Origin: Macrostomum hystrix
Taxonomy: Eukaryota > Animalia > Platyhelminthes
DNA length: 64,000 bases
Direction of reading: 5' to 3'
Assembly: GCA_950097015.1 (NCBI GenBank)
Contig: CATNEN010000032.1
Span: 744,001-808,000 of the forward strand
The notes below the pieces were generated by a model that saw only the letters and a list, made by a program, of their open reading frames with translations, searched no databases and was not told the DNA's origin. Shown here one piece after another: positions 21,416 through 33,529 of this stretch. How positions within the stretch are numbered: position 1 is the first letter of the stretch; each line of letters opens with the position of its first letter. Position numbers and translations under genes: made by a program.

Positions 21416-22048
21416 TTAATCGGAGCTGACATATTGATATGATTCGTGTGGTGGCAGTAGATACGATAATTCTTCATTTCGCAAATTTTTTGTGGGGAGA
21501 ATTGTACAGAAAATGGGACAGGGATGAAGATTCATGTCATCGACAATATTAAACAGTTTTTGTGCAATATCATGTATGGACAATTGTCTAAGCTGAGGGC
21601 CGTATTGCAATGAGTATCGTACAATGTTTTTACGCGTTTTGTGGGCAATTCGTGGGATAGGCCATGCTTTTAGAAGTTGAATTATCTTGTAAGAGGAAAA
21701 ATAGTATAGGTTAATGGATGAAGTTGGCAACCGTAATTTAGTTTAATGCGCACAAGTTTGTTACAAATCATGAATTGTGGGGTATTATTGCAAACAGGAC
21801 ATTGGAAAATGGCTCGATAAGCAAACTTCTTCGTGCATTGCGGATACATGAAATGTTGGTTTTGACAGTATTGTACAGTTCGCCATGAATTACATATCAT
21901 GCATTGGCGGAGATTTCCACGGCACAGAGGACAGTTTTTAATGTTTTTTGTAGTGTGCGAGGCTTAAGCAAGAACCGCAAACATGGTGTTTATTGACACA
22001 TATACATGGTAGTTTACATGAGAATTCTTCAAGACAGACAGGACAGTC
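21416..22048 (-). pseudogene. Second, paralogous double-RING gene (frameshifted)
   Basis: DCPVCLEEFSCKLPCICVNKHHVCGSC / NCPLCRGNLRQCMIC...CQNQHFMYPQC...QCPVC / IIQLLKAWPIP match 20759-21382; one shift lies in an A6 homopolymer. Confidence 0.7.
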
Positions 22049-22181
22049 TATGGTAGTGTTTGCGAAAATTGTGTGGGCGTTTGCAGAGAGCAGAGGTTTA
22101 GTCGCCTTTTACGACAAGCTTGAGAAGCTGTAGTGCCATTCTTAATCCCGGTCACTACACGGCGAACAATAAACGAGTAAT

Positions 22182-25100
22182 TTAACGAGGGCGTAGGTTA
22201 TACGTAAGAGTATTTGGTGGTGTGTTTGTGGTTTGTGTCTCGGCATGTGCTGTTGCAATGTGCTTGTTTGTTGTTTTTGAACGGTCTGGATTCTGTAACG
22301 TTGGAAGGAATGTAGTGTCGTTAGTGATGCGTTTTAAACGTTGAATGTGAACATAGAACTGAGGTTGATGTGGATCCTGGATATTCGCAAGGCGTGCTGT
22401 TGTCGTGAATATCAGTGCTGTTACACGAAAAGGTCCTTTGTATTTGAAGGCATGTTTGTGCGTATGCTGTGCCGGGTAGTGTAGGTAGACGATATCTCCC
22501 ACTTGTAAAGTAGATGCATGTTTACTTGTTGTAGGTACTGTAGATTGGTTGTCGAGATTATGTTTTGCAATTTACCAATTGGCCGCCAAACTACTGAATA
22601 TTCAACAAATATTCACCTCGACATATAATCCAAAAGCAAACCTCGTCGAAAGATTTCACAGAAACCTACATGAAATGTTGACACACTTTGTCTATAAACA
22701 ACCTGAAGATTGGATTATCCACATACATCTCGCTGTGATGTCAGGTATCGGAATGGCAACGGCGAATTTCGAAAAAAACATTCAAGGCTGTAAGAATGTA
22801 ATTGTAGTCGATCGAGTGTTGTCGAGCAGATGGTAGTGGTCCGGTAATGTCAATTGACACTGTGTCCCATGTAGTTGTCTTCGGCACTGATTGGAGTTCA
22901 GGTTTTTGTCGTCTTCCGATTTTTGTTGAAGCACACGACTGACATTGTGTGCAGTACTTGCGAATGTCTAAATTCATTGTTGGCCAAAAATATAACTGTG
23001 CGACTCTCTGGATTGTTTTCTTGGCGGATAAGTGTCCGGCTAATGGACTATCATGAAGTTCGTGTAGGATCGCAGAACGGAATGTGTACGGTAGGTACAG
23101 TCGCGGAATATTGTTGTACACCCAGTAGAGTGCGAGTTCTCTGAAAACTAGACTATTCTTGTGTTTTCGTAAGAACTGTTTTTCGATTTTTGTAAGTTCT
23201 TTTTCCGTTTCTTCTGTATCTTCTTGTATGGCTTTGTAAAAGGAATCGTCATGTGCTTTCAACAAGTATTTTATGGTTGGAATTGGATGAACTGCATTGA
23301 TCTCGTATGTTCTGGACAGTGCATCAGCGGCTTTATTCATTGCCCCTGGTTTGTAAACCAGATGAAAGTTGTAGTGCGGTATTTTAAGGACCATTCGGAT
23401 GAGTCTATTGTTCGTCTGTCCTTTTGTTTTAACAACGTGAGTTAGCGGTGCGTGATCTGTGTGAATGATAATTGGCAGTGGTGATCCATAGATGTAGTAA
23501 TGGAATTGTTGAAGAGCAAACAGAACAGCTAGTAGTTCTCGTTCAGTGGCTGACCATTTTGTTTCGTTTGGTCTTAGAGCTCTACTGATGTAAGCAATCG
23601 GTTTTTCTTTCTTTGGTTCCATTTCCTGAAGGAGTACGGCTCAATCCACTTCCTGATGCGTCTGTTTCTATGATAAAAGGTTTGTGGAAGTTCGGGTGTT
23701 TGAGAAGAGCATCACTAGTTGTTGTTTGATTCTATCGAAACTTTCCTGTTGTTCCGCTTTCCAGTTGTCTTCTTTCCACTGGAATTTTTAGTAGTTCGTA
23801 CAATGGTTTAGCCGTTTGTGCAAAGTTAGGTAGGAATTTTCGGAAATATTGTGCTAGTCTAGGAATGACTGCATGGAATGACTGCAGTTTGGTAATTGAC
23901 GTAGGTTTCGGGAACTTCTTGACCTTGTCGACGTTATTTGGGTCTGGTTATATGCCTCGTGATAAAACGTGATGTACAAGATATCGGACCGAATCTCTGC
24001 AGAATTTACATTTTGTAGGTTGCAGTTTTAGACCTTGTCGGAGTAAGAAGAGAGCTTGTTCCATGACTTTTACTAGTTGTTCGAAGTTATTTCCAAAGGC
24101 AAGAATATCATCAACATAGTGAAGCAGATTTGTACATCCGGCTAGCATATAGGATGTAACACGGCTCATTGTTGCTGGTGAGTTAGAGATTCCCATTAGA
24201 CTTCTCTGATACGCTAAAACTTCTCCTTTGTAAGTTTTGAAGGCAGTGTATTGTTTTGATTCTTCTTCAAGTTCGATTTGCCAGAATCCATGTCGTAGGT
24301 CAAATACTGTGAAGAGTGTCGCCGTATTGAGTCGTGCTAGCAGTTCGGAGATTTTTGGTAGACTTTGTTGATCGGTGGGAATGTACTTATTTAGGACTCG
24401 GAAATCACAGTCGAGTCGTCTTTCGTTTGTTTCTTTCTTTTCGATAAGAAGGCAAGTTGAAGAGTATGCTGAGACGGTTCGTTTTATGATTCCTGCTTTA
24501 AGCATTTTTTATTAATTTTATCGAAGTGTTGCTGTAGGTGTTTAGCGACTGGATATGGTTTACATTGGATTGGTTCTTGATGAGGCAGTAGTTCAATTTT
24601 TTGCTTGATATCTCGAGCACATCCGATGTCGTAATCGTGATGACAGAAGACGTCGTTATACTTCCACAATAGATCTTTTACTTGTGTTTTTTGTCCTTCG
24701 GTGATTAGACTTTGAGAGAGATCAATTTGTTGTAGGAATTTTTGTTTAGACATTTTCGTTGTTGTCTCTGGTTGGATGAGCATTACCGAAGCTTGTGTGT
24801 TGAGACGCCCCATGCATGTTCCTGCATAGTTTTTTACTGGATGTTGATTTGGATTTATAATTTGTACTGGGATGTTTCTTTCCCTAGAGCCGTTGGTATT
24901 AAAACTTCTTTTGTTGTGAGGATCTTCTTTCTTGGTTCAAATATCATAGCTTCTTCGACATCGTCATGATTGGCGAGGTATGCTTTAACCCAACATGTAC
25001 TTTCCGGTTGTATGAAGACATCTTGTTTAATATGTACTTTTGGTTGAAAGTGAACTTGGCTGACTAAAGGATGTTCCACATTGTCCAGTTTGAATGTTTG

Positions 25101-25561
25101 TTTGTTGAAATCAAATGTTAATGGTAGATTCATCTGCCGAAATGTGTCGATTCCAATAATAACGTCTTGGCTTGGAAGATGGTCAATAACAAATGCTTGT
25201 ACCAGAAGTTGTTTGTTTGCAAGTTTAAGTGATATGTTCACTTGTCCTAGAATATTAAGTGCATGTCCTCCGGCTTCGGCGACAGCAATCGAAGAAGGTC
25301 GCATATGAAGTTGCAATTTGTCGTAAGTCTTTTTGTGATGACTGTGATTGAACTTCCTGAGTCGAGAAGTGCTTTACTGGGCATGTTGTTCATAAATACT
25401 TGAGCCATCGCTCTACCCATATTGGCTTGCAAGGTGCAAATGTAATTTGCTGGCCATTTTGGATCCGTTGGTAGAAGAAGAGATGTCGGCGGTGGTCTCG
25501 CTGTTCTGATTTCAATTTTTGGGTAGATATTTGATCGTTCTGGTTCTGGTGCTGTTGGCAA
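22182..25561 (-). pseudogene. pol: Gypsy pol (PR-RT-RNase H-IN), fragmented
   Basis: LLDSGS protease; DLRHGFWQI and YVDDIL RT; IAYISR...ERELLA...TDHAPL RNase H; HDSPLAGH...CQSC IN zinc site; YKGPFRV and YNLRPR IN tail. Confidence 0.92.
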
Positions 25562-25968
25562 TAATTGTTTTCCTTGATCTTGTAGTAGAGTTTCTTCATT
25601 TTTTCATTAGGTGTAGTAGTTCCTTGTTTGTCAATTTGGACAATCCGTTGTTTTGCTGGATATGCTCGTGCTACACATCGTACTGCTGTTATAAAGATCA
25701 TTAGTGCAAGGTGAATCCATACAATGCATGCACTGGAGAAGATGAATCCCTGATAGTAACTTCCTTTTCCTTGGAGTAGATCGAGAAAGCTATTCGACCA
25801 AAAGGATCCTATTGCGTTATGTATGATGAATCCTGCTGTGGCTTACAAACCACGGCTTTTTAGCAATCGTTTATAAAACGCTTTTTTAACAACTGAGGCC
25901 AATTTTATAAACACTTTAATCCATGTCAGCTACCCGTGGATAAATTATCCGTAGATTTTATCTATGCT

Positions 25969-26737
25969 TATAAGACTTAGAAATCTGAAGGGAATTCAAG
26001 AGTTCGCTAGCAGAAAGCTAAAAGCTAAAAATAGCAACAGCAGAGAGGGCAAACAACCAAGGGGAGAGAGACTGGACAAAAACCCGCCCCGAAGTCACTT
26101 CATCATTTCAGCTCAGGCCGGGTCGGCATGGCAACAGCGTGCTGACGTGGAACTGCCTGAGACCGGACCCGCAGCTGTACTGACGCGGCGCTGCCGGAAT
26201 CAACCCGGCCTGTCCCTGCCTGCAGCTGCCGGCGTCGGCCCAGCCCAGCCCGCATTGGGAGCCGCCTGGGCCCGGCCGGGAACGAGAGCTGGAGGAGGAC
26301 GGAACCGTACAAGAAAACGGGATCGATAAAAGGCGAAGGAATAACGAACGGTGGGAGAGAAGTTTCAGTGGAAGTGGGAACATATCCTAACTCAACTAAT
26401 GCGTTTTTAAGACTGTAACTCACCCTCCATGGGAAAGGGGTTGGCGTGCCTGCCAACCAACTAGTTTAACGTTAATAACTGTACTAGGCTGGAGGCTGCG
26501 ACCTCACTCAACACAAATCCTCATGAGTACTTTTGCTACGGTAATGCCTACCCTCGGATTGAGGGGTTTTGAAGACAGAATATATATCGGAGCGGAGCGC
26601 GGGAAAAGGTCCGCCGCGCCAGTTAGTCGTTAGGAGTTATAGCCTTCAAGACATCTAGACTGCAATAAACCGCTAGACTAATTATATTTTGAAAGACACT
26701 AAAATCGATGAGAGATTAGAAAGCTTGAAGCGCTATA
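25969..26737 (+). repeat. 5' LTR of element A (135-bp internal deletion)
   Basis: Near identical to 47780-48681 except loss of 48439-48573 at TAGT microhomology; termini TATA...TATA. Confidence 0.9.
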
Positions 26738-26739
26738 CG

Positions 26740-26752
26740 TGGTTCCCAGACC
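26740..26752 (+). promoter_or_regulatory. Primer-binding site, tRNA-Glu-like
   Basis: TGGTTCCCAGACC, 12/13 match to the complement of the tRNA-Glu 3' end (TGGTTCCCTGACC). Confidence 0.6.
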
Positions 26753-27387
26753 TACGAGTCATCTATCAAGCAGTCTACATTTTCAACCTGACGATATCGA
26801 CCAGTAATGGCTGAGTAATTTCTGACGGTGGAGGAAGGAACGCGGAAGGCCAGGATGAGTGCTGTCATACAATTGTTTCTCTACTAAGTAAACTATACAT
26901 CGAGTCGTAAGAGGACATGTGGGTTTCTCATTAAAAAAGTAAAAAAAATTAATAAAATCCTAAAAAATTAAACAAAAAAAGGTGGAATAGTTATGTACAA
27001 AGTTACGGTATGATTTCCCTTAGTAGAGAAATATTTAGCGGCTGGTGAAACAAGTCACCAAGGCCGCGCATCAATAGCGAGGGGCTACCAGGAAGTTGTT
27101 TAAATAGGACTATAGTCGACTTATTATAAAAGGTGTACTCATTTAAAGAATTCAGGCAGCGCTGACCAGCATTACTACATTTTAAACTTAGGCTCTAAAG
27201 GAGCTTTTGCAGGAGCCGGCCGACTCATCACAGGTAAAAGGACCTGTCAAGTGAATGGCAGCATTAAAAGTACACCGTATAGGGCTTTTACATTATTATA
27301 GCGCGCTTCAATAGGCTCAGTAGGATAGTAGACCTTCTGAGGAGAGTTATACTCTTGGCACTAATGACTGCGCGGACACAGAGGGGG

Positions 27388-30300
27388 TGTCGGATTCATC
27401 TGGCAATCCTCCACGTTAATTCAAGCTTGCCCTACTGCGCTAAATTTAGCTCCTTGTTACACCTTGTTTACCCATAGACACCCCCAGCCTCAACTGTACT
27501 CTTAAATTAAATACAAAGTCGCCCAGCCGTTCCCCAAAAGAAACTACACACACGCATGTTCGTTCTAGCAACTTAAGCTTAACATAAAGCCTTTGTCTCA
27601 GTCAGTTGACGACAAATTGGTAGCAGAGCGTGGTTTGTTTGGCACCAAGGCAATGGTCAACACTCGCGCGACCTCAGCCGAGACTGGGGATACAACCGAC
27701 CCGATTTCTGGGGATCATGCAGGACAGGAGCAAGCAACGGGAGGGGCGACCGCTGGACCATCGGCACCACTGCTTCAGCCGACAGTTGCCGGCCAGCCGC
27801 CAGCCAACCAGGACATGCTTCAGCACCTACTCGGCGTCATGGTCACCATGATGCAGCAAAACCAGCAACTACTTACTCAGCTTCAAAGCCAGACAGCGGC
27901 AGCCCCACCGGCGCCAGCGGCGGTGCCAGATGCGAACCCACTGCCCACGGCCCGCCGCCCGGCTTCCTTCGTCGGCGACAGCGTCCTGCGCAACGCACGA
28001 CTACCGACATTCGATGGTGAGGACCCCGCCGCATTCCCAGCGTTCTGGGGCGCGTTCGATCATCGAATTCATGCCCTAGAAATGTCTCCCGTCGACAAGT
28101 TTGAGGTCCTTCGAGGTCTCCTCACGGGGGCCGCGTTGCGGAAGCTCGGAGGTCTGGACGCTTGCCAGCCCGGCGCGTACGAGGAGGCGCGGCGGATTCT
28201 GGAATATAACTACGGCGATTTGCAAGAGCAGAAGAGCGCATGCTACAAACGCCTCCTGGACATGCCACGTCTCAACGACGTCGACTTCCGAACGCTGGAA
28301 CCCTTCGCGGACGCACTTCGTCTCACTGTAGGTCAGCTTGCCCGGCTGCAGGAGCCGGAAGCGGCGATGGACGCATACATCCACGCCTTGTGGCCGAAGT
28401 TACCTATCGCGCTCCGGACAGACATTCAGGACCCCCGCATTAAAGCCACTCAGTCGCCCATGCCCACTATGACCGACTTGCAAGGACACTTGGACGCGAA
28501 GCTACGCGTTCTCCGTGCCGCCAGGACTGTGACAAACGAAGCTCCAGCCGAAGCACCCTACTCCGGTGCCAGTCTCCTCGGCGCGGCATCAAACTCTTGC
28601 CCACCGGCCGCGCAGAACTCAGGACGCAGCTACGCCGCCGGCAGACATCAGCATGGCCCTAGTCGCAAAAACACCATCCGCTGTCAGGATATCGCCGGAT
28701 GGGTCTACTGCGACCAGAGCGGTCACAATGCGTCTCGCTGTGACCGTGTCACCCAGCCCGAGGACCGATTCAGTGCTGTCCGACGGAAGAAACTGTGTTT
28801 CAATTGCCTTGGGGATCACGAGGCACGGCATTGCCCCTCTTCCAGCCGGTGCCGCAAGTGCGGCTCCAAGCACCATACCTCTCTTCATGGCGCTTACCCG
28901 AGGGAACCCGCCATCCAAACTGGAGCAGGCCCCTCGGCGCACTCGCGAAGGCCGCATCAGCCGATAGTCAATTCGCATCTCAGTGACACCTCCCCCCTTG
29001 TGGAATCGACGGAGGATTCATCCGGCCCTGTTAACGCCATGTCCTGCGTCTCGTCCGCGCAGGATAGCCTCCTTCAGCCCATAGTGATGGCCACCTTCTC
29101 TGCTCCAGCTGTGAACCCGGCAACTGGGGATTCGGCTCCGATCACGGCCCTTATCGATGGCGGTTGCAGCTACACCTACCTTCGAGGCGACATAGCCCGG
29201 CGAATCGGCCTCCAGTCCCTCGGTACAATCAGCCTCGACAGCTCTGCGTGTCATGCCGAATCTCGCCGTCGCGTGCACGCCAACATTGTTCGCCTGGAAT
29301 TAGCCACACTGGATGGTCGACGCATGCCGCTGAAGGTGCTCTCAGTCGAGAGGATTGCTCCAGCCATTCACTTACAGGCGCTACAGCTTCCGAAAGATAT
29401 TCTAACAACCCTCGCCCATCTGCCTCTTGGGATTGCCAATGCACCCCCGATGGTGGACAAGGAGGTGGACCTGGATCTGCTGATTGGAAATGATTATGCA
29501 CAGTTACTCGTAGGCCCGAGCGTTGGTGCAATACCCCTACGTCGCAGCTTCACCGCTCACCTGACCCCGTTTGGAGCTGTCCTTACCGGCTCCCTCACAG
29601 GAACCTCGGACACCCATGCCATCTGCACCCGGGCCACCGAACTCCTCTGTACCGGGCGCCTCATCGTCAACTCACTCCACGGCTTGACAGAGCAACCTGT
29701 CCCGGACAACCTGTCTCATCTGGAGCTACTTGTAGATAGGATGACCAGTCTCGAGATCCTCGGTCTGGGTCCAAACACAGAACGGACCACGCAAAGCGAA
29801 GATCTCCAGACCAAGCGCCTTCTGGATTCTGCCACTCGGGAACCCGATGGCCGTTTCTCAGTCGCTCTCCCCTTCAAGCCAGGAGCCGAGCAGCTTCCTT
29901 CGAATTTCGGCCAAGCCTATGGCCGTGCTCGCGCAGTTCACAACCGCCTGGATCTCTTGCAACGCATGAAGTACTACGCTGAGTTCGAGAAACGTAAAAC
30001 CGAGGGCGTACTCGAGATCGTCGACAGTCGGTCGCCACCTGGACCGATCGTTCACGTCCTACCTCACTTCCCGGTGATAAAGGAATCAAGTAACACAACA
30101 AAAATACGACCCGTCGTTGACGCCTCCGCTCCGACATCCCTTGGAGGCAGCTGCTTGAATGACCTCCTGGAGACTGGACCAAACCTCCTAACCGACCTTC
30201 TCCAGGTCCAGCTCCGTCTACGAGTCTACGAATACGCCTGCGTCAGCGACATCCAGTCTGCATTCTATCAGATAATGGTACACCCCGGGTGTCGAGACGC

Positions 30301-31366
30301 TCTACGCATCATCCTGCCGAGAGACATCGCCAAGCCACTCGACCAAGACAACATGCAGCTTTGGCGCTTCACGCGGATCGTAATGGGCGCCAGCCCATCA
30401 CCCTGGATCCTTCTCACGGTGATCCACAAACTCTGCGCCGACGCCATCGCCGGTGGAACCCACCGTTTCGGACTCCACAAGGGCGAGGTTGAATCTATCC
30501 CTTCTGGGCTCTACATGGATAACCTCGTGCAAGGCTACGATTGCAAGACCGAGGGCCCTCGTTTCGTCGCTGGACTGCGGGCTCTATTCCACTCGGGGCA
30601 GTTCCACCTCCGGGAGTTCGCAGCAAACGACTCACAGGCTCTTCAGGGCCTCCCTGAGGAAGATCGCGTTGAGAACCCAGTCGTCAGAAACCTCGGTATC
30701 GTCTGGGACACCGTCAATGACACCATCCGACTTGCCAAGCCTACGATTTCATGCGGCATCACGCTTACTCGCGCCAGCTTACTGAGCGTCATCTCCCGCC
30801 CCTACGATCCATTTGGATACGTTGCCCCCCTCGTTCTGGCGGGCCGACTTCTCTACAGGGCGGCATTCAAGCCTAACGATGCCTGGGACACTCTGGCCGA
30901 TCCTGCCACCGTTGACGCTTGGTCCAGGCTCCGTTCAGACTTCGTTGACATCGACCGCATTGTCATACCTCGTCGCTGCGTCACGAAGCGCACTGTTCCC
31001 AGTCGCCTGGTCATCTTCAGTGATGGTTCACCACAGGCGTATGGCTTCACCGTCTATCTGCACCACACTCACGACGGTCGATCTTCCGCTTCCTAATTTC
31101 CTACGCCGTATCCTAGCCATCCGTACAGCCCCCCCAATCTGTCGGATTCATCTGGCAATCCTCCACGTTAATTCAAGCTTGCCCTACTGCGCTAAATTTA
31201 GCTCCTTGTTACACCTTGTTTACCCATAGACACCCCCAGCCTCAACTGTACTCTTAAATTAAATACAAAGTCGCCCAGCCGTTCCCCAAAAGAAACTACA
31301 CACACGCATGTTCGTTCTAGCAACTTAAGCTTAACATAAAGCCTTTGTCTCAGTCAGTTGACGACA
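27388..31366 (+). mobile_element. BEL/Pao LTR retrotransposon lacking integrase
   Basis: 227-bp TG...CA LTRs (27388-27614, 31140-31366), TSD GGGGG, PBS TGGTAGCAGAGCGTGGTTT (initiator tRNA-Met type) at 27618. Confidence 0.93.
27653..31096 (+). CDS. BEL/Pao Gag-Pol polyprotein truncated in RNase H
   Basis: FDGEDPAAFPAFW gag; three Cys/His knuckles; ALIDGG protease; SDIQSAFYQI and YMDN Pao RT; IFSDGSPQAYG RNase H start, then stop. Confidence 0.92.
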   Translation: MVNTRATSAETGDTTDPISGDHAGQEQATGGATAGPSAPLLQPTVAGQPPANQDMLQHLLGVMVTMMQQNQQLLTQLQSQTAAAPPAPAAVPDANPLPTARRPASFVGDSVLRNARLPTFDGEDPAAFPAFWGAFDHRIHALEMSPVDKFEVLRGLLTGAALRKLGGLDACQPGAYEEARRILEYNYGDLQEQKSACYKRLLDMPRLNDVDFRTLEPFADALRLTVGQLARLQEPEAAMDAYIHALWPKLPIALRTDIQDPRIKATQSPMPTMTDLQGHLDAKLRVLRAARTVTNEAPAEAPYSGASLLGAASNSCPPAAQNSGRSYAAGRHQHGPSRKNTIRCQDIAGWVYCDQSGHNASRCDRVTQPEDRFSAVRRKKLCFNCLGDHEARHCPSSSRCRKCGSKHHTSLHGAYPREPAIQTGAGPSAHSRRPHQPIVNSHLSDTSPLVESTEDSSGPVNAMSCVSSAQDSLLQPIVMATFSAPAVNPATGDSAPITALIDGGCSYTYLRGDIARRIGLQSLGTISLDSSACHAESRRRVHANIVRLELATLDGRRMPLKVLSVERIAPAIHLQALQLPKDILTTLAHLPLGIANAPPMVDKEVDLDLLIGNDYAQLLVGPSVGAIPLRRSFTAHLTPFGAVLTGSLTGTSDTHAICTRATELLCTGRLIVNSLHGLTEQPVPDNLSHLELLVDRMTSLEILGLGPNTERTTQSEDLQTKRLLDSATREPDGRFSVALPFKPGAEQLPSNFGQAYGRARAVHNRLDLLQRMKYYAEFEKRKTEGVLEIVDSRSPPGPIVHVLPHFPVIKESSNTTKIRPVVDASAPTSLGGSCLNDLLETGPNLLTDLLQVQLRLRVYEYACVSDIQSAFYQIMVHPGCRDALRIILPRDIAKPLDQDNMQLWRFTRIVMGASPSPWILLTVIHKLCADAIAGGTHRFGLHKGEVESIPSGLYMDNLVQGYDCKTEGPRFVAGLRALFHSGQFHLREFAANDSQALQGLPEEDRVENPVVRNLGIVWDTVNDTIRLAKPTISCGITLTRASLLSVISRPYDPFGYVAPLVLAGRLLYRAAFKPNDAWDTLADPATVDAWSRLRSDFVDIDRIVIPRRCVTKRTVPSRLVIFSDGSPQAYGFTVYLHHTHDGRSSAS

Positions 31367-31966
31367 GGGGGGAAGAACTCACTTAGGCACTATGCGTTGC
31401 GTCTATCTGACTCAGCTCCCCAGCAAACGAGACATCCCGCCCATAGCGCTGATGATCTACTACACAGCGTGTCAGGGTAAGTATTTGTACCCCCAACCTA
31501 GGTAGCCAGTCCATGAGACAACCTCAAGGCATTTCTGAATGAAAATTGAAATGCGTAGCCCAACCAGCCAACAAGGCAGAAAGCGGAAAAGCAAAATGCT
31601 TAAGCGCCAAGAGTGCATGTGTATAAAATGCTGCAACCATATTATTTAGCCTCGCGCATATCTACGACAAGCGAGACAAAAAGTGCACTCATTTATTTGC
31701 GTAACGCAAGACATTTTACATATTAACAGCACCACCTGGCCGGAAACGTATCCGATACCTCTACACCTTTTCTCATATTTGAATTTCACTTAAACTTTTG
31801 TGAGATCTCAAGATAGATCAGAGCACACACTGACAAGATGTGTGTGTGTGACCGACTCATCATGTGTGTGACTTTGCTGAAGTTAAGCTGATTAAAGACG
31901 CATCATTTACATTCATATCATTTGCAGCCAACTCCGCAAAGAACCAATAGACCGTAATATCAGTAT

Positions 31967-33529
31967 ATGAATAACGAAGCTCTAAACCAAGACATTCAAA
32001 CAGGTACTGACAGAACTCCAGAACCCGGAGACGTTGATCAACAACAACAGCCACAAGATCAGTTAGATCAGCGAGAAGACCAGCTAGACCACAACGACGA
32101 GTGGGAAGACAACAACGAGCACTCATCAGACTCGGAAAACGAGGATAACGCAATGGAAGATCTCCAGAACCAAGTCCGAGAATTACAGCAGCGTCTCGCC
32201 ATGGCACACGGCAGAGACCTATCAGCCATAGTCCAGGCTCTCAAGTTATCGGCAGGAGACTACGAGATGGGACAGCCGTTTGTCAAATGGCTGACTGAAT
32301 TCGAGCTCCAGACAGCGACATATGGACTAACGGACGAAGAGAAGTGCCGACTACTACCACTCAGGCTGCGTCCTAACGCCCGTAATCAATACTCGGGACT
32401 CCCACAAGCTGCCCGAGAAGACTACGGACAGGTGAGAACACAACTCCGAGAGCTGTATGACACCAGAGCGATGGACCGACCCACGGCAGTACTTCAACTC
32501 TCCATGAGGATGCATCCAGGAGAGGATGTTAACAAGTTCATCGCCGACATCACACAACTAGTCGAGAACTCAGTGTTCCAAGAACCAGCACTGCGAGAGT
32601 TGGAACAGGACTCCAACGACGTACGCAAGCTGACAGCCATGGTAGCACAGATGGAGACTACAATCAGGCAAGCGGACCGGCGCACCCAAGATCGAGCTCA
32701 ACAGCCACAAAAGGAAGCCGCAACCAAGTACCCAGACGGCAATCCGAGGCCGACATGCCAACTCTGTGACAAGATAGGCCATACAGCCAACAGGTGCTAC
32801 CAAAGGAACAGGAACCTCGGTAAGAATACCGGGGGCCAAGTGCAGGCACAGGGCAGACAAGACCGAGGTAACATTAAGTGCCACAAATTTGGGAAGAGAG
32901 GACACTTTGCAAAGGAGTGCAGAGGTCAGCGATATTGCAAGAACTGCAATATGAATAACCATTGGACATCGGAGTGCGGCCGAGCACGCCAGAATAATCA
33001 AGAACGACAACAGCAGCAATGGCGACAGCCAAAGCAGATCGCCGAGGTCACAGCCCAGGACTCCAGCCCACAGCCAGCCCAATTGGCGAGTGAATCTAGC
33101 CAGACAGCGCACATTATGGCAATCAGCACGTTGGAAGCGACAATACCGACAAGGGCGAGAAACAACATCATACAGGCAAGGCGACAGAACAGGAAGAACA
33201 AGACGGCAACAGTTGCCCTAGTTCAGACCGTTCCACAACTCGAAGGACGAAAGCCAGAGCAGAGGGCTAGACAGGCCAGCACTGGCTGGAAAGCGCCGAC
33301 TGGACCGACAGTCGCACTTCTGCTGAAAATGCTACTCTTCGCACTGCTCTGCACATCGGCGGAAACGATAGGCCAAGGACAACAGAACTGGGTGGACACA
33401 CCGATGTACTGCCCGGAGCCCTCCAGGCCACAGATCTTCAAGCTGCCACCGGACATCGAGTGCAAGATGCCTAGCAGCATACAGCAGCACCGACAGCCGA
33501 TCAACCTGACAATCTTTAGACCGAATTAA
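31967..33529 (+). CDS. gag: Gag with three CCHC-like knuckles, in frame with a signal peptide and env-like ectodomain start
   Basis: FVKWLTEFE capsid; CQLCDKIGHTANRC, CHKFGKRGHFAKEC, CKNCNMNNHWTSEC; MLLFALLCTSAET hydrophobic leader (ATG 33329); PMYCPE...IECK. Confidence 0.8.
   Translation: MNNEALNQDIQTGTDRTPEPGDVDQQQQPQDQLDQREDQLDHNDEWEDNNEHSSDSENEDNAMEDLQNQVRELQQRLAMAHGRDLSAIVQALKLSAGDYEMGQPFVKWLTEFELQTATYGLTDEEKCRLLPLRLRPNARNQYSGLPQAAREDYGQVRTQLRELYDTRAMDRPTAVLQLSMRMHPGEDVNKFIADITQLVENSVFQEPALRELEQDSNDVRKLTAMVAQMETTIRQADRRTQDRAQQPQKEAATKYPDGNPRPTCQLCDKIGHTANRCYQRNRNLGKNTGGQVQAQGRQDRGNIKCHKFGKRGHFAKECRGQRYCKNCNMNNHWTSECGRARQNNQERQQQQWRQPKQIAEVTAQDSSPQPAQLASESSQTAHIMAISTLEATIPTRARNNIIQARRQNRKNKTATVALVQTVPQLEGRKPEQRARQASTGWKAPTGPTVALLLKMLLFALLCTSAETIGQGQQNWVDTPMYCPEPSRPQIFKLPPDIECKMPSSIQQHRQPINLTIFRPN

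Noticed and set aside
25964-26456. ORFs within the A and B LTRs (also 42398-42696, 47745-48267)
   Set aside because: Low-complexity GC-rich LTR sequence; frames not conserved between A and B.
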